Shown here in pieces: positions 8,644 to 15,960 of a stretch of DNA of 30,689 bases. The stretch comes from Elusimicrobiota bacterium. GTDB taxonomy: Bacteria > Elusimicrobiota > Elusimicrobia > UBA1565. Where the stretch lies: the NCBI GenBank assembly GCA_043819795.1, contig JBDREN010000022.1:1-30689 (forward strand), written 5' to 3'. Within the stretch, counting starts at the first letter, position 1, and each line of letters starts with the position of its first letter. The position numbers were made by a program, and so were the translations under genes. The notes below the pieces were generated by a model. The model searched no databases, was not told the origin of the DNA, and worked only from the letters and a program-made list of their open reading frames with translations.

Positions 8644-10734
8644 ATGCCCTCCTCCCGGACCGAGCGTCCCCTGCGGGAACTCTCGGCGAACGAGACGCCG
8701 CGCTATATCGTGCCGTCCCACGTCCAGTACCCGCACCAGTGGCTGTGGGACAGCTGCTTCCACGCGATCGTGCTCGCTCATCTGCGCCCCGCGTCGGCCG
8801 CCCGGGAGATCGAGTCTTTGCTCGAAGGCCAGTGGGATGACGGCCGCGTGCCCCATCTCTGCTTCAGCCCGGCGATCCCCCCGGGCAAATACCGTCCGAA
8901 CGCCGAGGACTGGAATACCGGCCGCGCCAGCTCCGGCATCATCCAGCCGCCGATCATCGCCACGGCGGCGAAGGCCGTCTTCCAAAGGACCGGGGACGAC
9001 GATTTCCTGCGGAGGGTCTATCCGAAGATCGCGGCGTTCCACCGGTGGATCAAGGACACGCGCGACCCGCACGAGACGGGGCTCGTGGGCATCGTGCATC
9101 CATGGGAGTCGGGCATGGACAACAGCCCCGTGTGGGACGGTCCGCGCGCGGACTTCTTGAGGGGGTACGCCTCGCGGTCCTCCGTCCCGCCCCGCGCCGA
9201 CACGCGCGCCGTCCCGAGCTCGCAGCGTCCTACCGACGAGGACTACCGTTTCTACTGGGGGCTCGTCGAAGCCTTGCAGCGGGAGGATTGGGACGGCAGG
9301 CGCATGGCCGAGCGCTCCCCCATGTTCGTCGCCGACGTGCTCTTCAACAGCCTCTGGGCGAAGGCCAACGAGGACCTCTCGCAGATCGCCTGGCGGCTCG
9401 GCAGGAAGGGGGATTCCTCCGACTACCGCTTCTCCACCACGAAGACGCGCCGCGCGATCCGGGAGATCCTCTGGAGCCCCGGCGACGGCTTCTTCTATCC
9501 TTTCGACCTGCGCAAGGGCGAGCCGATCCGCGTCAAGACGGCCGGCGGGTTCATGCCGCTCTTCGCCCAGGCGGCCACGACGTCGATGGCGGCCGAGCTC
9601 ATCGAGCACCTCTCGGACCGGCGCGAGTTCTACTCCGCGGCCGGCGTGCCGAGCGTCTCGCTGGCGGAGGAGTCCTTCGAGCCCGAACGCTATTGGCGCG
9701 GGCCGGTCTGGGTGAACATCCAATGGCTTCTCGTGCAGGGGCTTGTCCGCTACGGGTGCTTCGAGCTCGCCCACTCGCTGGGCGAACGGATCCGGCGGGT
9801 CGTGGCCGACCAGGGATACTGGGAGTACTACGACCCGTTCAGCGGCAAGGGGCTCGGCGCGCCGCATTTCTCATGGAGCACCCTGGCCGACGTCATCGAG
9901 CCGCTCGATCCCCCGCCGGAGCTGCGGGCGAACGTGCAGGTCCTGCCCTCGGAGACGGCCGAGCGCGATGAGGAGCTGGCGACGCTCTACCTGCATCCCG
10001 AGGCGATCGAGCGCCCTATCGAGCCCGAGCAAGTGCTCTCCACTCCGCGCTATATCACGCGCCGGGTATTGGACCAGGTCCATCACGAGGCGCGCCAAGC
10101 CGGTCTGGAGCGCGGGGGGGAACCTTCCCCCGAGCGTCTCCGGCACGCCGCGTCGGCCCTCAAGGGCCTCATCCAGAGCCAGCGGGGGCTCTCGAAAGAG
10201 TATCCGCGCATCAGCGACCTCGCCTGCGTGGCGGGCGAGCTCTACTTAAAGGACCTCGGCTTCGATGTCCGCACCGTCTCGAACAAGTACCTGCATCATT
10301 ATCTCGTCGTGGAGGGGATTGATGGCCGGCGCTGGATCGTGGACCTGACGGGCAGCCAGTTCGCCTCCTATCCCGCGGCGCGCGTGCCGCTGCTCTTCGA
10401 GCGGCTCACGCTGCGCGTCGAGCGCGAGATAGGGCTCGAGTCGCCTTCCTGGATGCGGCTCGAGGACCAGCTTCTGCTGACCCAGTACGCGGTGGAGGGA
10501 TGCTTGCGGCGGCTGGGGGCCGACCGCCTGGACCGGGTCGAGCGACAAACGCTGTTGATCGTGCTGCGCCGCCACGAGGGATGCATCGATCGGCTGATCC
10601 GGCTGGCCCTGCCCTCCTCTTCGCCGTATCTGAAGAGCTACCAGCAATGGCTCTCCGCCATCATCGCCCCCCTGACTACCCGCGCCAACGATCCTATGGG
10701 CCGCCGCGTCAAGCGCGCCCCCCGCATGGCTTAG
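8644..10734 (+). CDS. Glycoside hydrolase family 63 (glucosyl/mannosylglycerate hydrolase-like) with extra C-terminal domain
   Basis: YPHQWLWDSCF, IQPPI, HPWESGMDNSPVWD, YWRGPVWVN, EYYDPFSGKGLGAPHFSWS; TAGAAT lies 6 nt before the ATG. Confidence 0.88.
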   Translation: MPSSRTERPLRELSANETPRYIVPSHVQYPHQWLWDSCFHAIVLAHLRPASAAREIESLLEGQWDDGRVPHLCFSPAIPPGKYRPNAEDWNTGRASSGIIQPPIIATAAKAVFQRTGDDDFLRRVYPKIAAFHRWIKDTRDPHETGLVGIVHPWESGMDNSPVWDGPRADFLRGYASRSSVPPRADTRAVPSSQRPTDEDYRFYWGLVEALQREDWDGRRMAERSPMFVADVLFNSLWAKANEDLSQIAWRLGRKGDSSDYRFSTTKTRRAIREILWSPGDGFFYPFDLRKGEPIRVKTAGGFMPLFAQAATTSMAAELIEHLSDRREFYSAAGVPSVSLAEESFEPERYWRGPVWVNIQWLLVQGLVRYGCFELAHSLGERIRRVVADQGYWEYYDPFSGKGLGAPHFSWSTLADVIEPLDPPPELRANVQVLPSETAERDEELATLYLHPEAIERPIEPEQVLSTPRYITRRVLDQVHHEARQAGLERGGEPSPERLRHAASALKGLIQSQRGLSKEYPRISDLACVAGELYLKDLGFDVRTVSNKYLHHYLVVEGIDGRRWIVDLTGSQFASYPAARVPLLFERLTLRVEREIGLESPSWMRLEDQLLLTQYAVEGCLRRLGADRLDRVERQTLLIVLRRHEGCIDRLIRLALPSSSPYLKSYQQWLSAIIAPLTTRANDPMGRRVKRAPRMA

Positions 10735-10736
10735 GG

Positions 10737-11549
10737 ATGCGCTACGAACACCTGCTCATCGACATCGCCGGCCCCGTGGCCACCGTGACGCTCAACCGTC
10801 CGCGGGTGCGCAACGCCATCGACGCCGAGACCGTGGCCGAGCTCGCCGACTGCTTCGCGCAGCTCTGGAAGTTCCCGAGGCGCCCGAAGGCGGCCCGTTC
10901 ACTGCGCGTCCTCGTCCTGCGAGGGGCCGGGGAGGACTTCTGCGCCGGGGCCGATATCCGCTGGATGCGCGGCGTGGCCGACTCGGGATCGGCCGAGAAA
11001 CGCAGGCACGTCGGTCGCCTGGTGAGGATGATCGACACGCTGAACGCTTCCCCGCTGGCCGTCGTGGGGCGCGTCCACGGGGCCGCCTACGGCTGCGGGC
11101 TGGGCCTGGTCGCCGCGTGCGACGTGGCCGTCGCCGGGGCGGGCGCGCGCATGTGCTTTTCGGAGTGCCGCCTCGGCATCCTGCCGGCGGTGGTATGCTC
11201 GTTCGTGCTGCCGAAGATCGGCCTCAGCCACACGCGGCGGCTCTACCTCACCAGCGAGGTCTTCGACGCGGAGACGGCGCGGCGCGTCGGGCTCGTGCAC
11301 GAGGCCGTCCCCGAGGCAGAGCTCGACGCCAGGGTGGACGCGGTCGTCGGGAGCATCCTGCGCAACGGGCCGCGCGCCGTGCGCGAATCGAAGGCCTACC
11401 TCGCCCGGATGGCGGCGCTTTCCCGCGCGGCCCGCCTGCGGCTCTCGGCGGACGCGCTCGTCAGATCCCTCGCCTCCGACGAGGCCAAGGAGGGGCTCGG
11501 CGCTTTCCTAGGCAAGCGTCCGGCCGCCTGGCGCGCGGACGGGCGCTGA
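10737..11549 (+). CDS. Enoyl-CoA hydratase/isomerase (methylglutaconyl-CoA hydratase-like)
   Basis: VATVTLNRPRVRNA, FCAGADI, VHGAAYGCGLGLVAACD, FSECRLGILPA, EAKEGLGAFLGKR; ATG 2 nt after the GH63 stop. Confidence 0.88.
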   Translation: MRYEHLLIDIAGPVATVTLNRPRVRNAIDAETVAELADCFAQLWKFPRRPKAARSLRVLVLRGAGEDFCAGADIRWMRGVADSGSAEKRRHVGRLVRMIDTLNASPLAVVGRVHGAAYGCGLGLVAACDVAVAGAGARMCFSECRLGILPAVVCSFVLPKIGLSHTRRLYLTSEVFDAETARRVGLVHEAVPEAELDARVDAVVGSILRNGPRAVRESKAYLARMAALSRAARLRLSADALVRSLASDEAKEGLGAFLGKRPAAWRADGR

Positions 11550-12419
11550 TCAGAAGATCCCGCCCGGAGCGGAGGCTCCGCGGGAGGGAAGCGGCGGCCG
11601 GCAGAACTCCAGCAGGTGGCGGGCGACGGTCGTGGGGGCGTCGAGCGTGACGTGGTGGTGGGCGCCCGGGACTTCCACGCCGACGCAGTCTCCCAGGACG
11701 TCCACGACGCGGTCGAAAGCGGCGCGCGGCATCACTTCGCTCTTCTCTCCGCGCAAGACGAGGCACGGGGCGCCGATCTCCGCGGCCTCCTCCCAGACCG
11801 GCGGGCAGTCCGGATGGTAGGCCCTCCAGTCGAACTTCCAGCTCCAGCGGCTGTTCTTGAGCCTGCGCACGCTGGCCCGGGCGATCCGCTCGATGAGGTC
11901 GCGGGGGGCCCGGGTCGCGGACGGCATAAGGTGGAAGCGCCGGATCGTGGCGTCGCGGTCGATGTAGCTGGGCTGGCGGTGGCGCGTCTCGCTTCGGGCC
12001 TTGGGGGCTCGGCCTTTTCGGGCCTCCGGCAGGAAGTCGAGAAGGGCGAGGCTCTCGACGCGGTCCCTTTGGCTCGCGGCGTACCTGAGGGCGACGCGGG
12101 CCCCGAGGGAGTGCCCGGCCAGGATGAAGCGGTCCCATCCCATCGCGCGCCGCGCGTGCTCGACGTCCCAGCCGTAGTCGGCGATCGAGTAGCGCGGCGG
12201 TTCGGTCCAATCGCTCTCGCCGTGGCCGCGCAGGTCCATGGCGATGACCCGCAGCCAGCGCGCGAGCATCGGGGCCACCGGGTCCCACCAGTGCGTATTG
12301 CCGCCCATGCCGTGCAGCAGAAGGACGGGGGGGCCGCTGCCGCCCCAGTCCACGAGGTGGATGCGGTGCCCGGTGTCCCCCGTCGCGAAGCGGCTCGTGG
12401 GTCCGGCCATAGGATTCAT
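11550..12419 (-). CDS. Alpha/beta fold hydrolase
   Basis: LLLHGMGG, MDLRGHGES, nucleophile GHSLG, LRGEKS, GAHHHV; start at ATG 12419 or 12410. Confidence 0.88.
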   Translation of the reverse strand: MNPMAGPTSRFATGDTGHRIHLVDWGGSGPPVLLLHGMGGNTHWWDPVAPMLARWLRVIAMDLRGHGESDWTEPPRYSIADYGWDVEHARRAMGWDRFILAGHSLGARVALRYAASQRDRVESLALLDFLPEARKGRAPKARSETRHRQPSYIDRDATIRRFHLMPSATRAPRDLIERIARASVRRLKNSRWSWKFDWRAYHPDCPPVWEEAAEIGAPCLVLRGEKSEVMPRAAFDRVVDVLGDCVGVEVPGAHHHVTLDAPTTVARHLLEFCRPPLPSRGASAPGGIF

Positions 12420-12662
12420 TAGAGACGTTTTCGGAGGGCCGGTCAAGAAGGCCGCGCAGTCGGCAGCCCCCCACGGGGGCTGCCTGTGTCGGGGGGCGAT
12501 GCTTCCGTCCTGCTGACAAAAAATAAAAGGCGTTGTCTTTCCATGCTCTATTCCGCATTGATTGTCAGCGCTCTGTCCGTGACAAGTCAGCGTCTTTGCG
12601 CTACCCTGTGAGGGAGAGTCTCGCCGGGGGACAGAGCGAACGTCGCACGAGAGAGGTGCATC

Positions 12663-13130
12663 ATGATGAACATGACGCCAAGAAGGATGCGAGCGGGGTG
12701 CGTAGGTGTCTTCATCCTGGCTTTGGGCATCCTGGCGTTGGCGCAGAAGGCTATCGCGGAGATCCAACATGTGGGCTTTACATTCAGATTCCACGGGTCC
12801 GTGTTGGTCGTGAGCGGGAAAGTCGAATTGCCGCCGGAAGGCATCGGAGCCGGGAGTTATCCCGTGGACGTCCAGGTGGTCAGGACCACGGCCTTCAAGG
12901 GCGGCTTAGAGGTCGTGCCGGGAACACCCATGTACACGAAGAGCGCGGGCGGCTCGAGCCTGACGCTGCAGGCGAAGAGGAAGACAAATGGCGCCGTTTT
13001 CATCCTGGAGGGGCGGAAGTCCGAAGACGGCGCAAGCTACGCAGCGATCTACGAGCGGGACGGCGTGTGGAGGCAGGAGGGCAGCACGACGGAAGGCACC
13101 CTTCGAGGACATTTCGTGACCGCGAGGTAG
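12663..13130 (+). CDS. Hypothetical secreted protein
   Basis: GAGGTG SD; signal peptide (GVFILALGILALAQKAIA); beta-rich mature region. Confidence 0.6.
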   Translation: MMNMTPRRMRAGCVGVFILALGILALAQKAIAEIQHVGFTFRFHGSVLVVSGKVELPPEGIGAGSYPVDVQVVRTTAFKGGLEVVPGTPMYTKSAGGSSLTLQAKRKTNGAVFILEGRKSEDGASYAAIYERDGVWRQEGSTTEGTLRGHFVTAR

Positions 13131-13181
13131 TGATCCCGACCGGCACCGGACCGCAAAAGAAACATAAGTCCGCGCCGTAAA

Positions 13182-13215
13182 CAAGAGCGGCCGCCCTTCC
13201 GGGCGGCCGCTCTTG
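13182..13215. terminator. Terminator-like hairpin between convergent genes
   Basis: caagagcggccgccc-ttcc-gggcggccgctcttg, perfect 15-bp stem. Confidence 0.75.
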
Positions 13216-13237
13216 ATGTACCGGCGGAAGGACTGGG

Positions 13238-14032
13238 TCAGTACGCGAGCATCATCTGCGTGTGGAACCCGTCGCCTCCGTACTCCTCGTTGACCTGCCA
13301 CTGGATCACGTTGGCCCCGTCCGTGAAGTTGGCCAGGTCCCCCGCGTCCAAGTAGAACGGGGTCTGGTTCGCGACGACCCTGTAGCAGTTGGCGTGGGTG
13401 TCGCCGCACTGCGAGCAGCACGGCGCGGCCGTGCACCAAAGAGACTGCGACCAGTAGTACTCCCCGAAGACGACCGTGCCGTTGACGAACATGCGCGCCT
13501 GGTTGTCGGAGGCGAACTTGAGGGCGAGCGCGGACGGCTTGCCCATGATGGTCGTCCGGTAGAGCCGCTGGCAGTTGCTGCAGCCCCAGCCGGTGTCGGG
13601 CAAAGTGACGGGGCTCCAGGTCCGGCCCCCGTTCTTGCTCATCTCCCACTGGAAGAAGCCCGGGCTGAAGGGCGCGTGGTGGCAATCGCCGTACTCACAG
13701 TAGTCCATCGTGTTCGGGTTTCCATCGTCGCAGTTCACGCCGACGCAGCTGCAGAGCTGGGCGGCCTCCCCGCAGCCTGCGCTCTCGTAGGCGTTCTCCT
13801 GGCCCTTGCAGGCGTTGTGCGGGTTCTCCTTACAGCAGGCGAACTTGTTCTTGATGTGGTCCTTGAGCACGTCGCAGGCGGCGCCCTGGGCGCCCTTGGC
13901 GGCGCCCTTGGCGACGGCGGGACGCGGAAGCGCGGCGGCGGCCGCCAGGACGGCGAAGGCGACCAGCGCGGCGAACGGAAGCGTCAGTTTGCGGCTGAAC
14001 AATGAATCTCCTCGGCTCATAATTCCTCCCAT
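13238..14032 (-). CDS. Secreted cysteine-rich protein with CDDGNxxTxDxC repeat unit and C-terminal beta-sandwich
   Basis: Signal peptide ending PAVA; 17 Cys; CDDGNPNTMDYCEYGDCHH; ASDNQARMFVNG...GANVIQWQV. True start may be the second Met, preceded by GGAGGA. Confidence 0.7.
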   Translation of the reverse strand: MGGIMSRGDSLFSRKLTLPFAALVAFAVLAAAAALPRPAVAKGAAKGAQGAACDVLKDHIKNKFACCKENPHNACKGQENAYESAGCGEAAQLCSCVGVNCDDGNPNTMDYCEYGDCHHAPFSPGFFQWEMSKNGGRTWSPVTLPDTGWGCSNCQRLYRTTIMGKPSALALKFASDNQARMFVNGTVVFGEYYWSQSLWCTAAPCCSQCGDTHANCYRVVANQTPFYLDAGDLANFTDGANVIQWQVNEEYGGDGFHTQMMLAY

Positions 14033-14309
14033 GGGGAATGGCGTATGGTTGACGGACCAGCCAATTTCATATTAGCAGATAGACCGGGCCGTGTACAATC
14101 CAGTTTCCAAGAACTTCGAGCAAACGCATCGCAAATACAAATACAATCAATAAAATAACATAGCGTTCCAGACGCAGAGGGATTTACGGGCTCAATCCGG
14201 CGGTTATATAAAACGAATTCAGGAGCCAGCGAAGGCGCACCTTCTCGGGAGGCTGTGGAGCTATTAATGACGCTCTAACGTATGTGCGGCCGAGTTATGG
14301 CCTAAAAAT

Positions 14310-14343
14310 ATGAGTAAAGTCTGCTTGGGATGACTTTACTAAT
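14310..14343. repeat. 34-bp imperfect palindrome (13-8-13), copy 1
   Basis: atgagtaaagtct-gcttggga-tgactttactaat; 11/13 arm pairs. Confidence 0.8.
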
Positions 14344-14364
14344 GTGTCTGGAATAGGGTACACT
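14335..14364 (+). promoter_or_regulatory. Putative sigma70 promoter of the ATPase, with -35 inside palindrome copy 1
   Basis: TTTACT (14335-14340), 18 nt, TACACT (14359-14364); ATG 13 nt downstream. Confidence 0.45.
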
Positions 14365-14377
14365 CACGCCAACGATC

Positions 14378-15544
14378 ATGGCAAGCGTCAAAGGCAGGAA
14401 GCTCATCGCGCGCTATCTGACCAGGCACATCGTCGCCGATCTTCCGGGGAGGATGGCCTTTGTCGGCGGGCCGCGGCGGGTCGGGAAGACCGTCCTGGCG
14501 CTCGACCTGCTCAAGCCGGGAAAGCCCGACGAGTCTCACCCGGCCTACCTGAACTGGGACGACATCCAGGACCGGAAGACCCTGCTCCGGGGAGGGCTTC
14601 CCCCGAGGCAACGGCGGATCGTCCTTGACGAGGTCCACAAGTTCAAAGGCTGGCGGAACCTCGTCAAGGGCTTCTACGACAAGAACAGGTCCCGGATATC
14701 CTTCATCATCACGGGCTCCGCCCGGCTCGACTACTACCGCAGGGGCGGGGACTCTCTCGTCGGCCGCTACCATTACTACAGGCTGCATCCTTTCTCGCTC
14801 AATGAGTTGTCCGCGCGGCCGGCCAGGTCCGACCTGGACGCCCTCCTCCGGTTCGGCGGCTTCCCCGAGCCCCTGCTGGCCGCCAGCGAAAGGACTTGGC
14901 GCAGATGGCAGATGGAGAGGCTCGCCCGGGTGGTCACCCAGGACCTGCGCGATCTGGAGAATGTGAAGGAGGTCAGCCTCATCGAGCTCCTGCTGGAGCA
15001 TCTTCCGGACTGCGTCGGCTCTCCCCTCTCGGTCAAGAGCCTCAAGGACCTGCTGCAGGTCTCGCACCAGTCGGTCGAGCGCTGGATACGGATATTGGAG
15101 CGGCTATACGTATGCTTCAGGATCCCGCCCTTCGGGTCCTCGAGGATACGGGCCGTGAAGAAGGAGCAGAAGCTCTACTTCTGGGACTGGTCGCAGGTCG
15201 CGGGCGCCGGGGCGAGATTCGAGAACCTGGTCGCGTCCCAGCTTCTCAAGTACTGCCACTTCATCGAGGACACTGAGGGGCGCAACATGGAGCTCCGCTA
15301 CGTCCGCGACACGGACAAACGGGAGATCGATTTCGTCGTCATGCAGCAAAAGCGTCCCCTCTTTGCGGTCGAGTGCAAGACCGGGGAGCGCCGTCCCGCG
15401 CCCGCCACCCAGTACTTCCGCAAGCGCACCGCCATACCCCGCTTCTACCAGGTGCACCTGGGCTCTAAGGATTACGGAGACGCCGCCTCGGGGGTCAGGG
15501 TCCTTCCATTCCTCCGGTTCTGCAAAGAATTGGACCTGCCTTGA
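14378..15544 (+). CDS. AAA+ ATPase (AAA_14) with DUF4143 / PD-(D/E)xK-like C-terminus
   Basis: Walker A GPRRVGKT, Walker B IVLDEVHK, ITGSA, DSLVGR, GGFPEP, KLYFWD, FENLV, YVRDTDKREIDFVV...AVECK. Confidence 0.92.
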   Translation: MASVKGRKLIARYLTRHIVADLPGRMAFVGGPRRVGKTVLALDLLKPGKPDESHPAYLNWDDIQDRKTLLRGGLPPRQRRIVLDEVHKFKGWRNLVKGFYDKNRSRISFIITGSARLDYYRRGGDSLVGRYHYYRLHPFSLNELSARPARSDLDALLRFGGFPEPLLAASERTWRRWQMERLARVVTQDLRDLENVKEVSLIELLLEHLPDCVGSPLSVKSLKDLLQVSHQSVERWIRILERLYVCFRIPPFGSSRIRAVKKEQKLYFWDWSQVAGAGARFENLVASQLLKYCHFIEDTEGRNMELRYVRDTDKREIDFVVMQQKRPLFAVECKTGERRPAPATQYFRKRTAIPRFYQVHLGSKDYGDAASGVRVLPFLRFCKELDLP

Positions 15545-15589
15545 ACGTTCGCGCTCCATGTTTCGGCCCCGCACCCTGCCTGGCCTGAT

Positions 15590-15623
15590 ATGAGTAAAAT
15601 CATCCATATGTGATTTTACTCAT
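15590..15623. repeat. 34-bp perfect palindrome (13-8-13), copy 2
   Basis: atgagtaaaatca-tccatatg-tgattttactcat; 13/13 arm pairs. Confidence 0.85.
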
Positions 15624-15960
15624 GGTCGGGACGCGCATGGTGGTGCCCTACATGGTGCCCTCCGAGCGTCCGATTCCGTCAATAACCAGCAACCGGTGGA
15701 AGGTCGGGCGTGGCGTTTCTCGTCGGGGAACAACGACCGTCAACTCCGGTCCAACAGGCGGGGGCAGATTAAAAGGCGCGTGCTCTTCACCGGTTCGGTC
15801 ACGTCGGACTCTACCTGCCGGCTCTCCGAGAGGGGCTTGTACGCATCGATCAGGATCGACGTGCCGCTCCTAAGCCCTGGTGTCGAGCCCCCGACCGGCG
15901 CGCAAGACCGGCCGTGTTGGACAGCCCTGAATGAAAAGAAGTATCATCGCTTCCGCTTCT

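Noticed and set aside
12569..12638. tRNA interpretation of the 70-nt multi-stem element
   Set aside because: No T-loop GTTCRA, D-loop consensus or CCA end.
14130..14160. caaata-caaata-caat-caata AT-rich repeats
   Set aside because: Short and degenerate; most simply promoter-region low complexity; not CRISPR-like.
15610..15930. Short ORFs and a tggtgccct direct repeat between palindrome 2 and the AsnO-like gene
   Set aside because: No recognisable protein motif in the frames I read; the 9-bp repeat is too short to interpret.
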